Notes under the pieces: model-generated
Seen by the model: only the letters and a program-made list of their open reading frames with translations
The model's database searches: none
Told to the model about the DNA's origin: nothing
Program-made: the position numbers and the translations under genes
In this document: positions 56,351 through 63,839 of the stretch, piece after piece
Numbering within the stretch: the first letter of the stretch is position 1
Layout of the letters: each line of letters begins with the position of its first letter
Source: a virus
Taxonomy: Duplodnaviria; Caudoviricetes
Reading direction: 5' to 3' (one strand)
DNA length: 63,839 nt
IMG/VR virus record: IMGVR_UViG_3300022752_000068
Location: 1-63,839 of that record

Positions 56351-56490
56351 GGCATCGCCTTGTAAATGCGCTTTTCCAACTTTATACTCTCGGCGCGTTC
56401 CTCGATCATGCGCTTTTTTAATTTCATGATCTCGCTTTGTTGTTCATTTAACAATTTGATTATTGTTTCTTGCATATTGAACATCTGCAA
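56302..56490 (-). CDS. Small coiled-coil protein
   Basis: Coupled ORF. Confidence 0.45.
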   Translation of the reverse strand: MQMFNMQETIIKLLNEQQSEIMKLKKRMIEERAESIKLEKRIYKAMPWLQPVTEKMRERQKK

Positions 56491-56689
56491 TTAAGTTTTT
56501 TAACGTTTCCATAACCGTCTCAAGCGATTCTCTTGTGTCACGTAGCTGCTCCTCTAGCCTCATGCGCTCGTTCATTTCTTCATCTCGCTCGGCCTCCAGT
56601 TCCCGAATGTAGGCTATCGCTTCATCAAGTGTTTTGGCGTTTTTTTTGTTTGAAATTTTTAACAGTTCATTTATGATTTTCATTTTCAA
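56444..56689 (-). CDS. Small coiled-coil protein
   Basis: KTLDEAI...RELE...RLEEQL, similar to 56667-56981. Confidence 0.5.
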   Translation of the reverse strand: MKMKIINELLKISNKKNAKTLDEAIAYIRELEAERDEEMNERMRLEEQLRDTRESLETVMETLKNLIADVQYARNNNQIVK

Positions 56690-56981
56690 ACCCTATCAAT
56701 TTTTTTATTAAGGCATACATTTCGTTCAAAAGTTTGCGCCAATCCTCGCCGGTCTTTTCCGACTTTAGACATTGAAGCATGAGGTCTGTATGCAAGTCGC
56801 AAAGATATATTCTGACCTCAAGCAATTGTTTTTCTAATCGCTTGCTCTTTGCTTGTTCCTTCTCTAACTGATTTTCCAGTTCTACGACACGGGCAATAGC
56901 CGCATCCCCTACAGCCTCGTCGATTGTCCTGGGGTTTTTCCATGAACCTGTTTTCATTTTCCAATCCTTTTGTTTGTTCAT
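56667..56981 (-). CDS. Small coiled-coil protein
   Basis: RTIDEAV...VELE...RLEKQL. Confidence 0.5.
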   Translation of the reverse strand: MNKQKDWKMKTGSWKNPRTIDEAVGDAAIARVVELENQLEKEQAKSKRLEKQLLEVRIYLCDLHTDLMLQCLKSEKTGEDWRKLLNEMYALIKKLIGFENENHK

Positions 56982-57589
56982 CCGTTTGCGATGATGTCGA
57001 ATGATTTTTTACGCACCCTTTTCTGCTTTGGTTTCGTAATGACAAATAGGTGCTCGGGATTGCAGCATAAAGAATTACCACACTTGGCTGAAACGTACTG
57101 CTCTTTCGTTAGCTTCTCGCCAGTTTGTTCCTCATACAAAGCTTGTCTGAGAATAACCTGCCTGCCATTTCTACCTATGACGGGTTGTTCGCCATAAGCC
57201 TGCGTTGTTCTAACAGTGCCCTGCCATTCCCAACATCCGCCTGGTTTGGTTTTGGAATTGCGCTCTACAGAATACAATGCTGTGCGCTGTTTATCAGCCG
57301 CCTTCCGTGTCTGTACAATCCTTGAAAAGTTATCTTTGATGGTAACTACTTCCAAGTGATCGGGGTTGCAGCACAGATCGTTATCGCAAGCCGATCTAAT
57401 GATTAGGTTTCTGGGATACGTTATTCCATCAATTTCTTCTTTCAAAGCACGTTTGGTATTTAAAATTATGCCAAACCGCCTAATTATTGGCTTTCCTTCG
57501 TTGTTGGTTGCCCCAGTCCATTTCCAGCAATTTTTTATTGTTATGCACTTTTCTTCGACAATTTCAAGCACGGTTTTTTTATTAGCCAT
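56978..57589 (-). CDS. Tandem HNH / His-Cys-box-like domain protein (degenerate)
   Basis: Two CW.W.G...C.N.LCCNP.HL units. Confidence 0.75.
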   Translation of the reverse strand: MANKKTVLEIVEEKCITIKNCWKWTGATNNEGKPIIRRFGIILNTKRALKEEIDGITYPRNLIIRSACDNDLCCNPDHLEVVTIKDNFSRIVQTRKAADKQRTALYSVERNSKTKPGGCWEWQGTVRTTQAYGEQPVIGRNGRQVILRQALYEEQTGEKLTKEQYVSAKCGNSLCCNPEHLFVITKPKQKRVRKKSFDIIANG

Positions 57590-57600
57590 AACACCCCCCA

Positions 57601-57984
57601 TTAGCAGCGTTGGCCGCCATAAACTTTTCCCGTATTAGCTGGATATGCTCTACTTTTGGTGAACATCCGCCCAAATTCTTCAGCAGTCATCCGACCACCC
57701 TTTTTGGGTGATATGACATCTTCCTCGTAAAAGTATTTGACGCAAATACCCCACCCGTCTTGGTAGCTTCTGGCGGTGTACTCTGGCTCGCAATACTGCT
57801 TATATCCAAAGCTACGGAATGGGGAATTGAAAACAACCACCATCAGTTCACCATGCTTGTGATGTTGGCCAGTTTTGATTAACCCGTTATCAGCCAAGAA
57901 TTGCTCAACCTCAGCTTGGGTTTTGGCACTGTGGTACTGGATACCTTTGACTCGCATGATTTGCATAAAACCTCCTTGTTGCAA
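57601..57984 (-). CDS. Hypothetical protein
   Basis: GGAGG RBS before MQIMRV. Confidence 0.5.
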   Translation of the reverse strand: MQQGGFMQIMRVKGIQYHSAKTQAEVEQFLADNGLIKTGQHHKHGELMVVVFNSPFRSFGYKQYCEPEYTARSYQDGWGICVKYFYEEDVISPKKGGRMTAEEFGRMFTKSRAYPANTGKVYGGQRC

Positions 57985-58010
57985 ACGTGTGAATTATAAC
58001 ACAATCTATG

Positions 58011-58023
58011 GTAACAATGTAAC
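58011..58023. promoter_or_regulatory. One-mismatch palindrome over the -35 region of a TGnTATAAT promoter
   Basis: GTAACAATGTAAC; TATAAT on the minus strand at 57993-57998. Confidence 0.6.
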
Positions 58024-58032
58024 CCCAGAAAT

Positions 58033-58066
58033 GAAAAACCCGATACTTTTTTATGGTATCGGGTTT
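58033..58066 (-). terminator. Intrinsic terminator
   Basis: AAACCCGATAC / GTATCGGGTTT 11-bp stem with T tract. Confidence 0.75.
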
Positions 58067-58140
58067 CATCGCTGCCATCCGCGGGGGCTAGACGGCATAC
58101 TTACGATTGCAACATCGGGAGATTCGTTTGCGAAGCGAAT
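58033..58140 (-). ncRNA. Candidate c.105-nt small RNA
   Basis: Promoter TTGACA-N16-CATAAT (58147-58174), three hairpins, terminator, no ORF. Confidence 0.55.
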
Positions 58141-58170
58141 GGTTAGATTATGGCACAGAAATGCCGATTG

Positions 58171-58419
58171 TCAAACTTTATTTATGCGCTCTAATGTAAC
58201 GTTCAGGGCTTTGAGTTCGTCCATCTTCATTACTTTCCAGATTCGCTTCTCGCCATGCAAGCTGTTATGGCAATCACGGCATAGGGCAACAACGCAGTAC
58301 TGTAGCTTCTGTTCGATGTGGTGCGCATCAGATGGTGCAGCCGCATTGCATACGCTACACGGCAATTGCTTTACCCTACCAATGTATTCCCGTTCAGTCT
58401 TGGTGAGCTGATTGTTCAT
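58171..58419 (-). CDS. Ref/DUF968-like HNH zinc protein
   Basis: LPCSVC...DAHHI...ALCRDCH. Confidence 0.65.
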   Translation of the reverse strand: MNNQLTKTEREYIGRVKQLPCSVCNAAAPSDAHHIEQKLQYCVVALCRDCHNSLHGEKRIWKVMKMDELKALNVTLERINKV

Positions 58420-58629
58420 TGACTTGCCTTTGTAATTCACGGATAGTATCAGCCGCCCATCGTAGGGTTTGCTCAGTTTCAGTACCCGTAAAGTACTCAA
58501 TAAGTTTTTCAAGTTTTGCTAAGTTCATTTCATTTCCTCCAAATAAAAATTTCAAAAGGCCAGCAGCAGATTGAGAACCCGCCATATCTTTGGCCAATGC
58601 CAAAGTAAATATCATCCAACCAGAACCAT

Positions 58630-58911
58630 TTAATATGGAATTTTGGCATCTTCATCATCCTCAATTTTTGCTTTGCGCAGCGCACGTTCAAGTAGGTCGG
58701 TTATATAAACTTTTTCCTCTTTCGTCATGCGCTTTTCCAGCCACGTAGCCCGTACCGAGTCATCTTTGTGCCAGCGCAGTTCAAATTCAACATCACACCA
58801 GCCGTGGTACTCCCAATCGCTCGCAGCGTGATAGCTGCGTGAGCCATGTTGCCCGCTCACGTGGGTAATGTGGGCATAGCAGGGATAACCCGCCACTTCT
58901 ACTTCATACAT
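58630..58911 (-). CDS. Hypothetical protein
   Basis: Start MYEVEV overlaps the upstream stop codon. Confidence 0.5.
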   Translation of the reverse strand: MYEVEVAGYPCYAHITHVSGQHGSRSYHAASDWEYHGWCDVEFELRWHKDDSVRATWLEKRMTKEEKVYITDLLERALRKAKIEDDEDAKIPY

Positions 58912-59071
58912 TACGTTTCTCCCATGCCGCATCAAGACGGCGTTTAATGCCTTCATCTATCATCACTGTGATGACGTTGCTTAGGCTTCGTTGTTCCTGC
59001 TTCGCAATCCGCTCAAGGCGTTGCCGCATTGAGTCGGTGATGCGAAACCCGATATATTCTGTTTTCTTCAT
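58904..59071 (-). CDS. Arc/RHH-type regulator (55 aa, not in ORF track)
   Basis: MKKTEYIGFRITDSMRQRLERIAKQEQRSLSNVI, read directly. Confidence 0.7.
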   Translation of the reverse strand: MKKTEYIGFRITDSMRQRLERIAKQEQRSLSNVITVMIDEGIKRRLDAAWEKRNV

Positions 59072-59110
59072 GTTTTACATTGTATAACATTTATATAAAA
59101 AAAAGCAATA

Positions 59111-59572
59111 TCACCCGATTAAATTATTTTTTGGCTTACCATTCCTCCGCAGAATATTGAACGCCCGATTCTCAAGCTGTCGGTGCGCTGCGATCATCGT
59201 GCGCTCAGGCACAATCCCGAGCAGTTCGTCATAGGCCGCCACAAGCTGCCGCACGTTACGCACCCCCTCACCATCGAGGCGCATCGGCAAACCAGATTGA
59301 ACCCGCTCATTAACATCGGCCAGTGACTTGATAGCGTCGTCATAAAGGCCGTCAGAATCTTCACACGCACCGATTTCTATCAAGGCTTCAACCATATTGC
59401 AGGCATAGCACAGTATCTGCCAATCGCTTTTGGTCGGGTGCGGATCCAGTTCAATAGCCCGCAGAGCTTCGTAGATTTTCGTGAGCTGATGTCGCCTTCG
59501 CTCAGGCTTCATCGGCTCAGTGGGTGATGCCATCAATGCATCAAGCATTGTGTAGGTGGTCGGGTACTTCAT
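59111..59572 (-). CDS. Conserved hypothetical phage protein
   Basis: 153-aa helical ORF. Confidence 0.55.
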   Translation of the reverse strand: MKYPTTYTMLDALMASPTEPMKPERRRHQLTKIYEALRAIELDPHPTKSDWQILCYACNMVEALIEIGACEDSDGLYDDAIKSLADVNERVQSGLPMRLDGEGVRNVRQLVAAYDELLGIVPERTMIAAHRQLENRAFNILRRNGKPKNNLIG

Positions 59573-59876
59573 TTGGTTTTAAGTGTTGATGCAACAACTC
59601 TGCTGCCATTTCGCCTGCGACAATCTCAGCATCCCAAGCACCGTCGAGGCCGTGGGTATGTCGGTGTTTTTTGATTAGCCCTTCAAGAGCATCAAGTGCC
59701 ATTTGTAGGATGTCGGGGTGATGTGCAGGCGGCTCAAGGTATAGGGGAAAAGGTGGTTCTTGATTTTGTGGGTGACAACTGCGCGCCAACTCCTCAGCGT
59801 TTTCACCACGCCACGCCCAAATCGAATTAGTCCATTCAACAGCCCAGCAATAAGGCTCAGGTTTTTCAATAGTCAT
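59541..59876 (-). CDS. Hypothetical protein (EP..W...PLY family)
   Basis: MTIEKPEPY N-terminus. Confidence 0.5.
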   Translation of the reverse strand: MTIEKPEPYCWAVEWTNSIWAWRGENAEELARSCHPQNQEPPFPLYLEPPAHHPDILQMALDALEGLIKKHRHTHGLDGAWDAEIVAGEMAAELLHQHLKPNEVPDHLHNA

Positions 59877-60436
59877 TGGTTTTTCTCCTTTAACTTGGCT
59901 TCAACGGCATATGCAAAGCTGTGCGCTTTCTGTGGCGCAATTCTGGCACATCCCCACAGCTCTTTTATAAGCTCAACAACTTCATCATGAGTCAACCCTA
60001 CAAAGCCGACAGGGGCTTTGACGACTCCAATCAGTTTTTCACCTTCCCAGTAAACCTTGTTGAGTTCGACTTTTGATTTCAAGGCTAGCTCTTTACCCCT
60101 TTGCATCCCCGCCAAGTACACCGCAGTCAAGTCTTCATCTTGCATCGGTTGAGCTGCCGAGGATTTCTCGGTAACTGGCGGCTCCCTGTATAGCGGTATT
60201 GGTTCAGGTTCTTCTTTCCAGCGCCGAGCATACGATTTTGCATCGGCAATAGCGTGTCCGCCACGCCAGATAATAGGAGTTCCCTCAATTGTCCATCCGT
60301 AGGGCTCAGGCGTTTCAATAGTCATTTCATCATCTCCAGTTAAGTTAAGAATTGCCCGTTTCCCCTGCTTATTCCCCGAGATGTCATGGGCGCGAGTTTT
60401 TTGGCAGCAGGGGCTTTTTTCCATGATGGACTTCAC
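59873..60436 (-). CDS. Hypothetical protein (EP..W...PLY family)
   Basis: MTIETPEPY...GLTHDE...FAYAVEAKLKEKN; start probably near 60328. Confidence 0.5.
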   Translation of the reverse strand: MKSIMEKSPCCQKTRAHDISGNKQGKRAILNLTGDDEMTIETPEPYGWTIEGTPIIWRGGHAIADAKSYARRWKEEPEPIPLYREPPVTEKSSAAQPMQDEDLTAVYLAGMQRGKELALKSKVELNKVYWEGEKLIGVVKAPVGFVGLTHDEVVELIKELWGCARIAPQKAHSFAYAVEAKLKEKNQ

Positions 60437-60616
60437 GGCTTGGATTAGCCCACTATTCGATCACGATGCGCAAAACATCGTTTTCATTGCCGCTCAAGTC
60501 AATGTCTTGTTTGCGACCATCTTCATATTTAATCGTGATGGTCACGCAATCCATACTCGGCAATTCGTCTTTGTGAATGACGATTTCTTGAACTTTTGTG
60601 AACGATATATCCATCG

Positions 60617-60790
60617 TTAAACCCCCCTCTGTTTCTTAATACCATTACCCATTCCCAATGCCTTGCGTAAAACATGGCATACCTGTCCATTCAGTGTGCG
60701 CCCATTCTCTACCGCATCTTTCTTCAGCCTTTCTTTCAGCTCAGAAGGCAAACGGATAGAAATGAATGAACCCTTTATTTCGTATTGCAT
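60617..60790 (-). CDS. Arc-like repressor
   Basis: ISIRLPSELKERLKKDA.ENGRTLN.QV. Confidence 0.75.
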   Translation of the reverse strand: MQYEIKGSFISIRLPSELKERLKKDAVENGRTLNGQVCHVLRKALGMGNGIKKQRGV

Positions 60791-60813
60791 AGTTTCCTCT
60801 TGTGTGGTTTTTC

Positions 60814-61056
60814 TTACTTTATCACACATTTTCTGTTTGTCAACACTCTATCCATTTCTTTTTTTGCAATGGTTGTAATTGTTTCGATTGCCAGTTGGTA
60901 GCCTTTATGCAGGGTTAGTTCTTTGCCTTCAAGCACCTCTATCACAGCTTGCCGTATTAGCTTTGATGCGTTGCGCTTTTCGGCTATCACCTTCATCTTG
61001 TCGGCATATTTCCTTGGAATGTACACCGTGTATGGGACTAGATTTTTTGTCTCCAT
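60814..61056 (-). CDS. RHH-type DNA-binding protein
   Basis: YTVYIP......MK.......ASKLIRQAV. Confidence 0.55.
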   Translation of the reverse strand: METKNLVPYTVYIPRKYADKMKVIAEKRNASKLIRQAVIEVLEGKELTLHKGYQLAIETITTIAKKEMDRVLTNRKCVIK

Positions 61057-61457
61057 GATAGGAACTCCTTTTGTATCTTAAATAGGCTATCACGTGCCTT
61101 TTGGTTGGATTTAAGCTCTGCCCTAGATTGGATGTCCAGGTATGCTCTAAGCCAAAAGGTAGCCTCTTCTTCTGATGGCTCGATAATCTGGCTATCCTTA
61201 TGCAGGTATGCCCAGAACTGCGGGTCTTTGCACATAGAACCCGCTATCTTTATCGCCCTGTCCCCATCAAAATCTTCACGGCTTAAGGGTGTATCGTCCT
61301 CATCTAACCGAACCATGACTACCTGGTATCGTGCCCCCACGTAATCCCGCATGATTCGTTCGTCCAAATCATCGGGATGCACGTTAAGGGTTAGGACATA
61401 TCCGTTTTTGTCTTGCTTGATTGCCATTTTCACGGCTTCAAAACTTGGATGATTCAT
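61038..61457 (-). CDS. Conserved hypothetical phage protein
   Basis: 139-aa ORF next to the SSB gene. Confidence 0.55.
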   Translation of the reverse strand: MNHPSFEAVKMAIKQDKNGYVLTLNVHPDDLDERIMRDYVGARYQVVMVRLDEDDTPLSREDFDGDRAIKIAGSMCKDPQFWAYLHKDSQIIEPSEEEATFWLRAYLDIQSRAELKSNQKARDSLFKIQKEFLSWRQKI

Positions 61458-61471
61458 TCCTAACCCCTATA

Positions 61472-61777
61472 TCAAAATGGTAAATCGTCGTCGCTTACCA
61501 AATCGGCAGGCGGCGGGTCGGGTAGTTTGACGGGTGTAGCTGGCTTGTTGCTCACAAAAGGCTTCCCGACCTTCAGTGACAACAACTCACCGCTATTGGT
61601 TGGTTTTTTCCATGCCGCTATGTCCAGCTTTATTGCATCCTCTCCGCCGCCGTCAAACAGCTCTTGCAATAGTTCCTTGCTTATCAGGATATTGCCTTTG
61701 TAATCAGGTGCGTAATCGCTCGTCTTGCGGTTGTTCTCAAATAGTACGCCTGTATCAGGTCTTTGTTCAAATGCCAT
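61472..61777 (-). CDS. Single-stranded DNA-binding protein
   Basis: GVLF.N..K....PDYKG...AW.K...G..LSL; acidic DDDLPF tail. Confidence 0.7.
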   Translation of the reverse strand: MAFEQRPDTGVLFENNRKTSDYAPDYKGNILISKELLQELFDGGGEDAIKLDIAAWKKPTNSGELLSLKVGKPFVSNKPATPVKLPDPPPADLVSDDDLPF

Positions 61778-61780
61778 GAT

Positions 61781-62455
61781 TTATCCCTTCAGCTTCTCTT
61801 TGGTTGCGGAAAATGTTTCCATTAGGTTTTTGAATAGATCTGCATCAATCTCTTTGGCTTTGTCGAATATGGCTTTGTTCACCTTGAATATGTTCATGAC
61901 ATCTTCAGGTGTCTTTGCCACATCTAATTGCACCATGCAGGCATCAACCAACATGGATAACCATTCCTCGTTTGTGCATCCATCTTTGGCTTCAATCTTC
62001 AGTTGCCACGGCATATCCTTTCCAGCCACAACCGCTGGTGGTTTTGTTGCTACTGGTTTCGCTGCGGGTTTTGCGTTGTAGCTCTCGGTTGCTTTGTTGC
62101 CATCATCATCTTCAGGCGCAATACCACACGCGGCCATAAGGCTATATCTGCGGGCATAGGTCAATGCCGAACCAAACCCTTGCGGGTCATGCTTGGCGGC
62201 AGGCACAAACAGTTTCCCGTTGCTCAACATCTCACCCGATTCATGGAGGAATATCGTCTCAACGGTAATCCCATTCTCGGTGTCATGGGTGTTCTGCATG
62301 AGCATAATCCCATTGTTATTAAGTGCATCCAGCACAGCTTCCACGCAGGCATCGAGGGCAGCGTACTTATTTCTGAAGTGAGGGTTTGTGCTGGTCTTCA
62401 GTGCGGGACCAAATTCCTTTTGTGCCTTGACTAAGGCTGATGCTATTTCCTTCAT
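61781..62455 (-). CDS. ERF-family ssDNA annealing protein
   Basis: NPHFRNKYA.L, HESGE, QGFGSALTYARRYSL..ACGI..EDDDG. Confidence 0.92.
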   Translation of the reverse strand: MKEIASALVKAQKEFGPALKTSTNPHFRNKYAALDACVEAVLDALNNNGIMLMQNTHDTENGITVETIFLHESGEMLSNGKLFVPAAKHDPQGFGSALTYARRYSLMAACGIAPEDDDGNKATESYNAKPAAKPVATKPPAVVAGKDMPWQLKIEAKDGCTNEEWLSMLVDACMVQLDVAKTPEDVMNIFKVNKAIFDKAKEIDADLFKNLMETFSATKEKLKG

Positions 62456-62457
62456 GT

Positions 62458-63336
62458 TTACTCCTTGGTTGATTGATACTCTTGCCATTGTTGGCAATAC
62501 TTGTTCACTGCACAGAACTCAGCGCATCGTGTACGCTCGCCTGGCCGAACTTCTATGATTGCTAGGTTCCCTAGCTTTTCTTTTGCTGCTATCGCCTCTT
62601 GCTCATTCACGTGCAGAGACTTTGCCCGCACTGCGCCAGCTTTCTTAACGGCATATATGGTTGGCTTTTCCCACATCTCTGACGGTGTGCACTTGGGTAA
62701 TGCCGCACCTGTTGATGCTTGGAAATCACATTCAGAATGTTGGGCAATCCTATCTTTGACGTACTGTAATTGACGCTCATATGTCCATAGCGGTATGGGT
62801 ATTGTGACTATCGGTGATGCAGGGTAATCCTCCTGCGTCTTGGCTTGCCTGCGGCTCCAGTCACGAACTATTGCCACAATCGCAATATCCTTAACTGGCT
62901 TTTGCTTTACGTGAGCAATCAGGAACGCATATACGTTTAACTGATTCTCCCACTCTTCTTTCTGCGCCATGACAGACCATGCGCCTGTTACCTTGTAATC
63001 ACGAACGCTAATAGTCCCATCCCCATTATCAATCTGCAAATCAATTGCGCCGCTTAGGTTCCATCCATCTATATTGGTATGGATGCGCTGCTCTACCGTA
63101 TGCCCCGCTTGCTTGCCATTCTCAAGTATCGAATGAACCGCCGTGCCAAACAAAGACCATACCATGTCAGATACATCTTCTTCTAACTCCTGCGCATACT
63201 TGCGCTTTAATGCCACTATCTGCGGACTGTTTATCAGTTGCGTAACCGATAAATCAGCACCACCACTACTGTATGTCGGCTTTTTCAGTACGTTGACAAA
63301 CGTATCTGGCAGATTGTGCCGATTGGTCAGCTTCAT
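62458..63336 (-). CDS. PD-(D/E)XK exonuclease
   Basis: SVTQL, GTAVH..LE, EQR, SG.ID, DYK, QLNVY, C..FC. Confidence 0.85.
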   Translation of the reverse strand: MKLTNRHNLPDTFVNVLKKPTYSSGGADLSVTQLINSPQIVALKRKYAQELEEDVSDMVWSLFGTAVHSILENGKQAGHTVEQRIHTNIDGWNLSGAIDLQIDNGDGTISVRDYKVTGAWSVMAQKEEWENQLNVYAFLIAHVKQKPVKDIAIVAIVRDWSRRQAKTQEDYPASPIVTIPIPLWTYERQLQYVKDRIAQHSECDFQASTGAALPKCTPSEMWEKPTIYAVKKAGAVRAKSLHVNEQEAIAAKEKLGNLAIIEVRPGERTRCAEFCAVNKYCQQWQEYQSTKE

Positions 63337-63476
63337 GTTGTTCCCCCAATTCAAAATAAGTTCTGGATGTCTCCAGTAACCGTGTTGCAAAAGTTTCAGT
63401 GTCGGGCGCATCATCTGCGCTTGAATACAGTATACAGTATTTCATGATTGTTTGTACAGTATTTGAAAATAAAAAG

Positions 63477-63489
63477 GTAACAATGTTAC
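63477..63489. promoter_or_regulatory. Palindromic site GTAAC-N3-GTTAC
   Basis: GGTAACAATGTTACC at 63476-63490; the IS begins at 63496. Confidence 0.7.
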
Positions 63490-63495
63490 CCCCTC

Positions 63496-63839
63496 TGTCA
63501 CTATAGATGTCCGGTCTCTTGAAGAGACGAATTTCATTATTTGAGGGGTCGGGAAAGATGGAGAAATGCGAGTATTTGATGCGCAATTTAAAGAGCAGAT
63601 GGTTAGAAAGCTGTTGCCGCCGAACTCATTAAGTGTCACACAACTCAGCCGTGAAACGGGTATTGGCCGATCTACCTTGTATGCTTGGAAGCAAATGATC
63701 TGTGAACAAGGATATGCGATGCCCCATAAACCTACACCGCCGCATAAATGGGATTCCAAAGCCAAGTTGGCTGCGGTTATCCACACAGCGGCTATGAACG
63801 AATTTGAGCGCTCAGAGTATTGCCGCGAGTGTGGCCTTT
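63496..63839 (+). mobile_element. IS3-type element, left end (IRL plus orfA start), runs off the window
   Basis: IRL TGTCACTATAGATGTCCGG; sequence from c.63713 matches the reverse complement of c.786-912. Confidence 0.85.
63566..63839 (+). CDS. IS3-type transposase OrfA (partial)
   Basis: MRVFDAQFKEQMVRKLLPP...LSRETGIGRSTLYAWK HTH. Confidence 0.85.
   Translation, partial: MRVFDAQFKEQMVRKLLPPNSLSVTQLSRETGIGRSTLYAWKQMICEQGYAMPHKPTPPHKWDSKAKLAAVIHTAAMNEFERSEYCRECGL

Larger units (their letters stand above)
3110..63495. mobile_element. Near-complete tailed phage genome (podovirus-like), prophage or phage-plasmid
   Basis: Terminase, portal, scaffold, capsid, adaptors, tail fibres, lysis, ejection, replication and recombination modules in coherent order. 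Confidence 0.92.

Noticed and set aside
63421-63465. TACAGTAT x3 as an SOS box
   Set aside because: Half-sites are in direct orientation and do not form CTGT-N8-ACAG
6580-63489. Palindrome interpreted as enterobacterial matS, canonical parS or a LexA box
   Set aside because: It differs consistently from matS GTGAC-N3-GTCAC, parS TGTTTCACGTGAAACA and CTGT-N8-ACAG; only the geometry resembles matS
1-63839. tRNA or rRNA genes
   Set aside because: No cloverleaf with a T-loop GTTCRA and acceptor stem was recognised by eye; tRNAscan was not run

Overview
About 60.4 kb of this window (c.3110-63495) is an apparently near-complete tailed-phage genome. It looks podovirus-like: there is no tape measure or sheath gene, and the internal ejection proteins include a 3376-aa polyvalent protein. 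The genome is opened between a RusA-like gene and a PD-(D/E)XK exonuclease gene. On the left it is bordered by two fused partial copies of an IS3-type element and a high-GC island fragment carrying an XRE/IrrE regulator. On the right it is bordered by the left end of the same IS. No integrase or DNA polymerase is visible; instead there is a plasmid-type RepL-like initiator with 22-bp-period iterons and a ParB-fold/HTH gene. The main observations follow. (1) A 13-bp palindrome GTAAC-N3-GTTAC occurs 8 times exactly, plus 2 one-mismatch copies, both at promoters and inside structural genes. (2) The giant virion protein carries ParB-like, adenine MTase, L,D-transpeptidase, metallopeptidase and ADP-ribosyltransferase-like domains, and the ART domain sits between exact in-frame 20-bp direct repeats. 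(3) A C5 methyltransferase is split across two fully overlapping frames and is bounded by 33-bp direct repeats. (4) The terminase contains a 124-aa mini-intein. (5) An early-gene array with repeated hairpin-RBS linkers contains a Crn4-like ring-nuclease candidate and a catalytically dead RadC/JAB protein. (6) There are three candidate structured RNAs. All family calls come from motif recognition by eye; no database search was run.
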